Program-made: the position numbers and the translations under genes
The notes under the pieces: model-generated
Database searches by the model: none
Told to the model about the DNA's origin: nothing
Seen by the model: only the letters and a program-made list of their open reading frames with translations
Shown: one piece after another, positions 53,059-64,000 of the stretch
How the letters are laid out: each line of letters begins with the position of its first letter
Numbering within the stretch: position 1 is the first letter of the stretch
Source of the DNA: Styela clava
Lineage: Eukaryota
Assembly (NCBI RefSeq): GCF_964204865.1
Contig: NC_135250.1
Location: 7,936,001 to 8,000,000, forward strand
DNA length: 64,000 nucleotides
Direction of reading: 5' to 3'

Positions 53059-55670
53059 TTTGTGAAAGTTATAACTTCGTTACCGGTACCGGGTATCTGT
53101 AAACATAGTGATAGTGCACCTTAAAAATTTATATGAAATTTGTGACCTTTTGTAGACGGGCCTGCTGAAAAAAACACTCCCGCTACCGCTCAAATAAAAA
53201 TAGTAATTATACAGTCAATGTTGGGGTAGAGAATGCAGATTAATTACTATTTTTTTTTTATTTCAAAACGCGGCGAGGTTTGTTTTTCCAAATCTCATAT
53301 TTTAGTGGATAGGGCTTTCTATTAACGATCCAAAATGTGTACTAGCTTTGTACGACGGTAGTGAATTATGATGCCGATATTCTCACTATCATATATAGAA
53401 CACCACTTGATACGACGTCAAAGCACTCAACCTTCTCGGCTGCATCTGTTTCCTGAATAATATCAGTTTTTGTCATGCTACCGCGCTGAGAGTAATCGAA
53501 ACTCCTTGCTATATAACTACTCTGGTGATGTCGTTTTCAACTGCTGTGTAACGGTCTATTGATGGTTCCTAACCCGATTGATAAGTTAGTTGCTACGTCA
53601 ACGACCATTTAATTGAAGATTTGTTTTAAGAGCTATAACATTATCGTTTCGTAATTAGAGCGGCTGGATACTTGATGTTGGTATAATTAGAGATAATGTG
53701 GGTTACTAGGCATATTTCGCTATTATTTTCTTGGAAAAAACTACAACCATGAACGAGGATTTTAAATTATGGGATGGATATTTTTCTTAGTAAAGACTAC
53801 AAAATTTTAACAGCCCAAACGCAGAGTACTGGTAGGAATGTTTTGGCTTGCCACAGAAGATTGTACTTTGTTAGTCGACACATATTCCTGCCAATATTGC
53901 ATTACATTATTAAAAGCATGTTTACACTATTGCGAGAGTAGAATAATGTCGAACTTGCTTGTTGCTGCTCTCTACCCCCTGTAGGGCCTTTAGATTAGTC
54001 TACACTCTGTTGGATTATACGACAAGAAGATTAAATCAATTCATTTCTGATTCTTTTACACTTGACTTGCTTTTAGGAAATCCTGTCACTGCCGGATCAT
54101 CAACTAAATTTGCTTCGTTTTTGGTCTTCTCCAAACCTTTAACCCCAATGACTTGTATGACACTTATATCTGTTTACGACACACACACAGCAATGAATTG
54201 GCGGGTAGGTATTTATGTGCGGAAAAAACGTCTGACATCGGCTACTGTGGAGTGTAATAATCCACACTACAGGCATATTGCGTGAACGTCGAGCAACGGT
54301 ATCAAAATATATCACCACTATTTCTCGCCTTTCCACGTTATACCGATATGACGTGTCTTTAGACACTGATCCGAGCTTTGGAAAAATTTCTGATCCGCAT
54401 ACGTAGAAAGAAAAAATAATCTACGTCCTCGGGCGATACTTCAGTCCAGCAGTGGGGCTAATCTGTTTCAGAGCTCGGTATGTTTATACATAATAGTTTC
54501 GCTTGTGTCGCTTCGCTTCGGTTTCAATCAAAGCGAGACAAATATAATGAGGAGAGCGATATTTGTGTAATTACCAAACAGGTAACTTGAAATATGATAT
54601 ATATACATATATCGGTAATTCTTGAACGATCCGTGTATCTATTGTATGACAACGTCCAAATTGTTGCATAGTAAGACCCAGTATGGGACGAAGGGAAAAA
54701 GAAACGTATCGGACCACTTCGAGAACACATGGAGATGAAACAAAATTGATTTGGAACATTCGCAATTAAATCCCATAAGAATTGAAATAAACAGAATACT
54801 ACGCACAGCAGTGGTTCGAATCTAATAAAGAGGGTACAGACCTCCAAGCACGTCATTTTCGCCACCGGAAATGCATTGGGTTTCACAATCAAATATCATT
54901 TCTTCACTAATACGTCGTTATGAAAAATGGGAACTAAGTCATACGTTTCTGTATCTACGACACGGTCGGAACTATAGCGAACCTTTCATCTCTTGCGTTA
55001 CAACAAACTGCACTGCAAGTACACACACAAGCACATGAAATAAATACGCGAAGCAGCTAACACCTAATTAGGCATGTGGTTATGAAAAAGGAGCAATTTA
55101 TGTACGGCCGATATGTGTCCAGTAATAAACGGCACTCCATCCATTTTTCGTTGACACATGTTTACCATATTTTTGCTTGACTTGGTGACTAATTGTGCGC
55201 ATGATTTATATATGATATCCAGTCAATTAAAAGCCCATCAGCTTATTTAATAGCCCTCTGAATGATTCCCAATAGTATTGGAGTGGAAGCTCTCTCGGAG
55301 CTTTTATCGCTCACGTTCCTCTCCGAACAACAAATTGAATGGAATTTCCCTATTGAGTGTATGTGTAAAGCGCATTCGATTATATCTATATATGTACATT
55401 TATTCTTACCTTATATTTATTTATTAGAGAGAGGAAAACCATTAAAGCGTCTTAATCATATGAGCGAGCACGATTTTTCGCCCTTTTGCCATTCCAGGTC
55501 AAATACGTAAATAGGTAACCAATTATTCGTTTCTGTCGCATTCATAATCACGATTGTGACACATACCTCTTTCCCTAGCAAGAAGTCTATTGAGTTATGC
55601 AAATATTTCTATGTTAAAAATTCGTGAATTCACAGTGAAAGTAAATTAAAGCTCAATATGCTGTTATTCT

Positions 55671-58600
55671 TCATTCTTCTTCGTCGCTTCCCTCTGGGTC
55701 TGCAATATCAACAGCTCCGACTTTGGTGTCGGAACTTGTTCTTCTCATTTTATCCCGCCCTTCGGCTTTACTGTTAAAATATTAAATAGAATAAAAGCGA
55801 AGCCGATATGAACCACAAAGTGGGAAGGTTAAGTCAAAAGAGAGACATGCTCATATATGTAAACACGAAGGTTCAATTATTAACTGCAGTGCCGTTGGCC
55901 AATGCGACTCACACGAAAATATGACTGAGCGCCGAGTTCCCAAACCAAAACGTCAAAAACAGTCGTGACATAGGTGGTCACGCTTGGCGGAATAAAAAGC
56001 AGTGTTTCGATGAATGGAATAGCGAAAACTTGGGTCAAATAAGGGATCCCTAGAACTCAAAAGAAAATTTGAAAAGTAATCGATTTGTCCAATAAGTTGA
56101 GGAGAAGGGCGATTTTCCGTACGAAAAATTCGCCCCAACGAAGTTGTAATTCCACTTCGTGCCGAATAAATGTTTTTATTGTATCTTCGTTTTCGGTACG
56201 ATCACTACAAAGTGGGTTTCAGTTATATCTGTGTACATTGCTACCAGACTGTGTACTAAGAAATTGAAGATAAAACCTTTCATATAGATTAAAATAGCTC
56301 GGCACCGAGGAAGACCCCGGATAAAAATATAGAAAAACATATTCTGCTGTTTGATGAAGCTTTCACAATTTTTATGATCGGTGAGGAAAGTGTCTGGGTT
56401 ATTCACTTGACTCAAATCAGGGATCTCTAGTCTCTACCCTAGTTTTCTCCACATAATAAATACGACTATTATAACTGCATTTATGGATTTATTGCAGTTA
56501 AGCTGCGCGCACTATTGATTTACTCATATGGCATCACAATAAAACTTACTCGTCAAATTTTTTAACATTCTCTTGGGACGATGATCTTTTTACTTCATTG
56601 TCATCTGGCGTGAAGAGTTCATCGTCGACATGAGTATCCTGTTGTTGAACTTGAGTACTCGGAGTTTTCTTCAATTGCCGCAGAATATTTTGAAGTTTTC
56701 TGAAGAGAACAACAGTGAAACTACAACAATAACTCTATAACTGCCTGCTATACACAATTGTAGCCCTTTCGCGAGCCAAATTTTTTGAACGTAACGGGGT
56801 ACTGGACAGGTGTGTGCCACGGCATATAACAAGTTTGAGCAACTCACTCGTCCATATAATGTTCACTTCCATCTTTGCTTACAACTTTCATGGAATGGAA
56901 TTCCTGGATCAAATTAACACAGGCTGAACTATTGTGCAGTTTTCTTTGTGAGTCGTCCGGCACAAGAAGATGAGCCTGAACAAAGAATAGTATTGCATAT
57001 AGTTTGACCTGCTCACAGTAGAAACTATGACTCGGAACCATTGTCGGCGCGAGATTTTCTCAACCAAGGTAGATTCCCGTTTCGGTAAACAATAAGAAAA
57101 TTGGAAATTAATATTGTCTGGAATGATAGGAATATTCTATATAATTATTTTTTAAACGCAGCAGGCGCACACACAAAAGTATCAAAATTTGATTTTTATA
57201 TATAGAAATCTACGTCGCTTGGCACAGGATTTCCAAACTAATAGTAATAAGTGTCAGATATATGCACCAATGAAAAAGATGCAAGGTGTCTTATAGCTTA
57301 GATACTAATACAACTCTTAGATTTCATGCTTCGTGGAAGTAAAATTTCCAAGTAACAAATGTTCCCATCACTAAATATTGTAGCAACTTTATGACTATGG
57401 ACTTACCGGCAGAGATTGACGTCTTGCTAAATTCACCATGCGATGAGAGTCGAAACCTGCATGACTAGCTCTGCGCATGCCAGATACTTCCTGGCCACGA
57501 AGGGCCCGAAATCTGTCCATAGCAGGATTAAAATCAGAATTCTGAAAAGTATATGAAATTGAGGGATTAGCTCATGATTCCTGCATAACAAAACTTGCAA
57601 CTTTTTGGGGTATCAATTTATATGATCTTGAATTTCACGTTTTCGATGCAACAATGTCATAACCAAGTCTTGAGCGGCCATTTGGCCAGCTATAGCTATA
57701 CTGGGTCTGGAATGACCGTAAGTTTCGTCAATTTTTATACAATGAGCGGCATGAAGCATTCACGTAGGCTACGTGATATTTTTTACTCCCAGTCTTATTC
57801 CAAGAAGTCTTCAGGTGAGTGCTTTGGTTTTGGCATTATTTGGGAATTGAAAGAATAATTTCCGAAGCCCGATTTCGACAATTTCCGACATTGGGATTAC
57901 ATAATTATTACTGTATGTTGACAAATATTATTCCTACTCACTCTGGTCAGAAGTTTGACACTATAAAACTTTGTATATAAGTCTTGAAATAAAAACTTCC
58001 CTTTTGATCAATTTTATAAAATATATGGAAAGGGTCATACACTACTCGTCGGCGCTCCGTCATCCATCGCTTTGCTTGTTTTCTTTTCTAAAGAAAATAA
58101 TAGTTTACAAACTATAAGGAAAGGATGCACAGCTACACATAATGAAAGTATCAATAAACTACGCCATGTCACCTTTTGAATCTTGTTTAGTTGCGTTTTC
58201 TTCTGATATATCTGTTTCGCTTGAGCGGAACTACAACGTAAAACAAATTTTAACCTCGTGATAGGTCTTGGTAATGAGTATTGACCAAATAATTATCATA
58301 GAGTTGTCAGCTCCGAATCCAGTTACGAATATTGCTGGACCGTTGGTGTTTAGATTTCTACGCATAGGCCTTTTGCTTGCCCGTATCTAACTTAGGACGT
58401 TTACCTGGTAACTAATTCCATAGGCCTACTTTATTTGGTACATGCGGTGATCTGATTAGGCGGTGTCCCGATTTTCTACACAAAAAGGAAAAAATAAACG
58501 CATTTCCTTAAAGATCCTAGATTTGTGGCTACTAAGTTATGTTTTACTCCAAGTACCGTTAGCGACCATTTTTCCTATTAGGTTTATACTTGATAATTCT

Positions 58601-58841
58601 TCAAGCAGATCCTGAAGTATGAAAATATGTATTAATAATCATATTATTGGCGTTGTATAACTAACCGCAGCTTATTCACCTTTTTCTCTGGGGTAGGCGG
58701 TGTGACGATGATCTTAACGGGCGATTGTTTTATCTTGTTTTTACGGCGTGGCCTGGAAGGTTTGGTTTTCTTGGGTTTTTCTTGATGAGTTCTTGGCCGC
58801 CCTCTTCTTTCTCGTAAGTCTGAACTACAACAAGCGCCCAT
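55671..58841 (-). CDS. Uncharacterised, predicted myristoylated/palmitoylated protein (259-270 aa, 7-8 exons)
   Basis: Exons 58666(or 58680)-58841 (MGACCSS...), 58173-58230, 58041-58087, optional 57942-57960, 57407-57541, 56848-56975, 56550-56699, 55671-55770 (...EGSDEEE*); all GT-AG and phase-consistent. Confidence 0.75.
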
Positions 58842-59180
58842 TCTCCGCTAAAAATGATGGATACATGTCGAAGCCAAGTTCGACAGTTAAATCTAATCGG
58901 TATGTGAACTGAAATCATTACAATGTATACATAGAAAACGTCGATTATTTGGTAACAAAATATTTCTTATTTTATGACGCCACAAAGGCATGCTGTAATT
59001 GAATGAGTTTCCAGTTGTATTTTCCACCAGTGAAGACTTTCCATGAGTAAGACAGTCAAAATGAATTATATCCGAAATGCCAATGTTTTTGCTATACATT
59101 CGTTAAACTCGATAATTAATCTCGCCTAAATAAATACGGGAGAGAGAGGCATTGCTGGCATTCACTTCGATGTATATAGC

Positions 59181-59654
59181 TAGGGTAACCATATTTTTGT
59201 GACCTAAAGCGGGACGCCTCTAAAGACCATAGCTTTGATTTTTTTCAACTTTAAATTTACCGATTTTACAATAGAGGTATACATCACATCCCGGCTGTCT
59301 TCACTGACCATATTGTCATCGAGAGTTCATGCGCTGTCTGTCTAAATATAGGTTTCAGTTAGAAAAATAGAAAGGAATTCACCTTAACGTTAAGCACCCT
59401 CTTGGCTTGGCGTACGGGCCTTACAAATAACAAATTGTAGCAATTATCCGCCAACAATGTTAGCGGAAAACAACGAAACAAACAAAACCACGCATCCACC
59501 TTCAGCATCGAGAACATGCTAATTGGTAATGTTCGTGTATTATGCTCACTGGCTGAACGCCAAAGCGGGCCTTTTGGCTGGCCAGTCGGGACGCCGGGAC
59601 AAAACGTTGAAGAGTGGAACTGTTCCGCCTAAAGCGGGACGTATGGTAAGACTA
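59181..59654. mobile_element. Non-autonomous hAT (Blackjack-like) element
   Basis: TIRs tagggtaaccata / tatggtaagacta; 8-bp TSD tatatagc at 59173-59180 and 59655-59662; cgggac subterminal repeats. Confidence 0.88.
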
Positions 59655-60989
59655 TATATAGCAGTCAAAAGTTACAAGCATCATGCATTATGACATCCTC
59701 CTGTATCATATAAATTTTGACCTGCTTTGAGCAACCAAAAAGACTATGAAATTCCGTGAAGCAATTTTAGTCACTAACTCACTAGTCGCGTCTCTCTATG
59801 CATGTTTACTGATGGGGAGGAAACATGAACTAAAAAACCTAAGGTTGGGAGTAAATTTCACAAAGCATAAGTTGTTATATTCAGGCGTGATACACCTTGG
59901 CTACTCCATTGATCGCATGACAAAATGCACACCGTTCTTGAACCAATAAGTTGTTCTACACGTCAGGTTTTATTGCGCTCTTAGTCACAGGTCGGTCCTG
60001 GGATGAACACGAGCAAAGGCCTTTACTAGATACCATTCGCGGGGACCACATTAATTTAAAGTGAATTGACTTTGATTTGTTCAATTATTTGCCTGTGATG
60101 CAGTTATTTTAACGTGGCGGAAATGGTGAGAGTCTTTGAAATGGGGCATGGATCACTGTTTTACGATAAATGTCGCGAGTTGACGCGCGGTTCCAACAAT
60201 TATATTCTTCTGCAGCATTTGCTTTCATCTTTCAACGCCTGTTCGTTACCGAGGTGACTTCCGACCATGCTCGATCACGTCATGCAATTTCTACTGTAAT
60301 ATGTAGTGACGAAATAACGAACGAACTGCTTTGTCAGCTAGTTTATGATTGACAAATGGAATGAGTAGGCGGCTTATATATGACGCCTTAAGCGATGTCA
60401 TCTCTTTATGACAGGGAATTGTTGCAGTCATTGCTCGTATAAATGATAAGAACTTCTCCTATTACAGTTGTTAGCAAGTTTCAAGTGGAATATTCCAGCG
60501 ATCTTGCACTTCCTATGTGTGAAATTAAAACTTGTCGCTTCAGTGCGAATCAACATACCGGTACGTGGGCATATAAGTATCTGTGGTTTCCACATCGGCA
60601 ATCGAAGAACTGAACGTCCTTGTCTGACGCGTTTCGAGTTACAGAAACTTTATAAATAGCCGTTCAGTGGGTTGCCGATGGCGCGGGCCATTATTAGTAT
60701 TATGGTATAAGTAGGCTATATCACTGTACGACATAGCAACCATTTTAGGTTCAGCAACCCAGAGTACGACAGAGTGAAAAATTAGCCGAGTATCAGCAGA
60801 TAATTAACCTTAAATCATATCCTAAAGGTGTGCGAAATGCGAATGTCTGGCAGAAGTCAGTGATGCGAGGCGAGGGTGTTTGCGTTTCTCTTGTTTTGCG
60901 TTGTTTATATTATTCCTGTTAGACTTGTGTAGCTTTACGTTTGGACCTAAGATTAGTCGTGTGTGGTTGGATAATAAATAACATTCATA

Positions 60990-62534
60990 ATGTTAATTAA
61001 GATTCAAAGACACTTGTTGCGAAGTTTTTACAACATGGCAAACGAACGAGGCATAGCGAGTAGCTCGGCTGCATATAACAAAATATTGACGTTAGATAAC
61101 ATGAATCCGCACATTAAAAACGTGCAATATGCCGTCCGTGGCCCCATTGTGGTTCGGGCAGGACAACTCCGGAAAGAAGTCGAAGAGGGAGCAAAGAAAC
61201 CGTTCACTGAGGTGATATCTGCAAACATTGGAGATGCTCATGCTATGGGTCAAAACTCTGTTACATTCTTGAGACAGGTGGTTGCGTTATGTGCATATCC
61301 TGAGCTTTTGAAATCCAACGACTTTCCCAGTGATGCAAAGGAAAGAGCGAAGCGATTGCTAGGGGGATGTGGTGGCGGAAGTATTGGTGCTTATTCAGCG
61401 AGTCAAGGAATTGAGATAGTTCGCAATGATGCAGCCGCATATATTGAAAAGCGGGATGGTGGGATTCCTGCCAATCCAAATGATATATTTTTGTGTACTG
61501 GAGCAAGTGATGGGGTGGTTGCAATGCTGAAGCTTCTTGTTGCGGGGGAGGGGAAAAACAGAACTGGGGTCATGATACCTATTCCGCAATATCCTCTATA
61601 CTCTGCCACATTATCAGAATTGGATGCTCATCAAATTTCATACTACTTGGATGAGGATAATAATTGGGCCCTGAGTATTGATGAACTTGAGAGATCATAT
61701 AACGAAGCAAAGAAGACTTGTAATCCTAAAGTTTTGTGTGTCATTAACCCTGGAAACCCAACTGGTCAAGTTCTAAGTCGAGATAACATTGAAAAAGTTA
61801 TTCGTTTTGCTGTTAGCAAGGGTCTGTTTATCATGGCCGATGAAGTGTACCAAGACAATGTATACGCCGATGGTTGCTCTTTCCATTCATTCAAAAAAGT
61901 TCTTTTCAGCCTTGGCGAAGAGTTTAGTTCAAATGTTGAACTAGCATCATTTCATTCTATATCAAAAGGATATATGGGAGAATGTGGTTTTCGTGGTGGA
62001 TATATGGAAGCAGTCAACTTACATCCTGGAGTCAAAGAGGAACTCAGGAAATTGGTCTCTTGTCGCCTTTGTCCTCCTGTAACAGGCCAGGTTGCACTTG
62101 ATATTGTTGTAAATCCCCCATCTCCCGGTCAACCATCTTATGAAAAATTCATAGCAGAGAAAACAAAGAACTTGACAGATCTTGCTGACAAAGCCAAACT
62201 AACTGCTGAAATGTTCAACAAAATCCCTGGAATTAAGTGCAATGCAGTGCAAGGAGCCATGTATTCTTTCCCTCGTATTACAATACCACCCAAAGCTATT
62301 GAAGCGGCGAAAGATGCAGGTGAAGCTCCTGATAGCTTTTATGCTATGCAGCTTTTGGAAGAAACCGGAATTTGTGTCGTCCCTGGCAGCGGGTTTGGCC
62401 AATTACCAGGAACACATCATTTTAGAATGACCATTCTACCACCTAAAGCGAAAATGGATTCTCTATTCAAACTTTTCCACGACTTTCATACAAAATTCAC
62501 TGAGCGTTATGGTGGAGAATGTGGTGACAAATAA
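60990..62534 (+). CDS. GPT: Alanine aminotransferase (PLP-dependent, class I/II), intronless
   Basis: [45 protein letters not shown] (PLP lysine) [21 protein letters not shown] motifs; single 514-aa ORF. Confidence 0.96.
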   Translation: MLIKIQRHLLRSFYNMANERGIASSSAAYNKILTLDNMNPHIKNVQYAVRGPIVVRAGQLRKEVEEGAKKPFTEVISANIGDAHAMGQNSVTFLRQVVALCAYPELLKSNDFPSDAKERAKRLLGGCGGGSIGAYSASQGIEIVRNDAAAYIEKRDGGIPANPNDIFLCTGASDGVVAMLKLLVAGEGKNRTGVMIPIPQYPLYSATLSELDAHQISYYLDEDNNWALSIDELERSYNEAKKTCNPKVLCVINPGNPTGQVLSRDNIEKVIRFAVSKGLFIMADEVYQDNVYADGCSFHSFKKVLFSLGEEFSSNVELASFHSISKGYMGECGFRGGYMEAVNLHPGVKEELRKLVSCRLCPPVTGQVALDIVVNPPSPGQPSYEKFIAEKTKNLTDLADKAKLTAEMFNKIPGIKCNAVQGAMYSFPRITIPPKAIEAAKDAGEAPDSFYAMQLLEETGICVVPGSGFGQLPGTHHFRMTILPPKAKMDSLFKLFHDFHTKFTERYGGECGDK

Positions 62535-64000
62535 TTGCAAAAAAACATATTAAACACAAAGATGAATTATTTTACTGTAGTGATGCACTTGGAAATATCA
62601 CAATCCTAATGATTTTATATTATTGCCTTACCTATATTATTCAGGGTGGCAAAGACAAATAATCAATCACCTATCCAAAAGTCTTTCTTGTTGAAAATGA
62701 AGTTTATAATTTTCTATTAGCTTCCACTTGCTGTGAACAACTCTCATTACCTTGTCCCTAAGCAGCATTATTTAAAATATATAAATCCTCATTCAATTAA
62801 TTCTTATCAGCATTCAAAATCTTGTATTTTTCAAACTGCCATTTTCTGGTTATTTGTTTTGTTAATGTTGCTGGTATCCTTGTCTCTAAAACTATTGAAC
62901 AGCATGACTCTGGTCAAGAAATCTAGTCTTAAAATGTAATTATTCGTGCCAAGTTATTATTTTATATTCTGTGCTTACTATTCTTGCGATTTTAAATGGC
63001 CATTTGACTAATGTAATTGAAAAATCAAATTAAAAGACATTTGTTTGTATATATCATTTTGTAAATACCGGCAGTTTCTCTCTTTGAGCATCACTGCATG
63101 AAATTATGATATGCTGTATGATTATGCATGTTTCAATCAAAGTACTTAAATCAGTAAAACTAATATCAAGAGCTGTAACAATTGAATTGTTTCTCTTATT
63201 TCAAGTACAACAAGTTTATCCATACATAATTGTGTATGGACCATTGATATATTGTGTTAATGAGGACGATCCATACATGGTTGCGTGCATTAAAAAGTTG
63301 TATAGCCTACTCTATTTTGGCTTAGAAGCTGTGTTGTGTTTAAATGAAATAACAATGCAAATATGAAAACGTCTCTTTTTGATATTTCTATAGTTTTCTG
63401 ACTTATTCCGCGACCGTTTATCCTTGAAATATGTTACATGACATGAAGGAATGCTGTGAGAGTATGGACACATGCGTATGGCAGGCTTAAGGAATCAGAT
63501 TTTATGGAAGGCTCGGGTATCATTTATCAAAGTGACCCTGTCATATAAATGGAATTACTCAGTCTTGTAAACCGTCGGCGAGACTGCCTCGAGTGATGAC
63601 ATGTGGCGCTACATGACTCGCAGTTTGGGGTTCTATCCAACGCTGATTAGCAAAGATAAATCTGGTTATCTCTTATTACATAGATGACAGTAAGTTTATT
63701 TCGACACCGTTATTCGCACAACGGGCAGTAAAGTGGTTGATAAAAACAAATAGAGAAATACTGATTATGAAATGAGGAGAGCAAACAAAACCTCAGACAA
63801 GGTTTCAAACGTACAGAATATAAGGGGGAAGATATTGCCCGGAAAAAATTGTACATGTTCACACACCTGACACACACACAACCAAAGAAAAATTATAAAG
63901 TGAGAAAAACGCGATAAAGTCAAGATAAATTGCATAGTAAACAAAAATAATGAATAAAAATTATTTGGAATTAAATGTGAGTCAATGTTTGGATGTGCAA

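Noticed and set aside
61028-62430. Antisense and alternative-frame ORFs within GPT
   Set aside because: Shadow ORFs of a coding region with no independent support.
1-64000. Prokaryotic systems (CRISPR array, operons, defence islands), rRNA or tRNA genes
   Set aside because: The sequence is spliceosomal-intron eukaryotic DNA; I saw no regularly spaced repeat-spacer array or recognisable structural RNA gene.

Overview
AT-rich animal genomic DNA with short GT-AG introns and many MITEs; a tunicate or other invertebrate deuterostome origin is inferred, not shown. Manual splicing recovers genes the ORF track misses. (1) The 3' part of a + strand RIPK/TKL-like protein kinase (43-9934) continues in frame into a PPxY motif, one transmembrane helix and four exon-encoded six-cysteine beta-defensin-like repeats. 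It looks like an inverted (type II) receptor kinase and is the most unusual element here. (2) A convergent - strand 13-exon gene (12268-24800) encodes a ~926-aa type II membrane protein with a long low-complexity N-terminus and the N-terminal half of CILP (TSP1, Ig, Cys-rich). (3) A tandem array of four intronless class I SAM methyltransferases, one pseudogenised, lies in local segmental duplications. (4) A small MGxCC-lipidated protein has calcineurin-docking-like motifs and two alternative open splice paths. (5) An intronless alanine aminotransferase. Mobile DNA includes hAT MITEs with 8-bp TSDs, a Mutator-like MITE with a 9-bp TSD, Helentron/HINE-like inserts and an internally deleted piggyBac that still encodes a spliced mini-protein.
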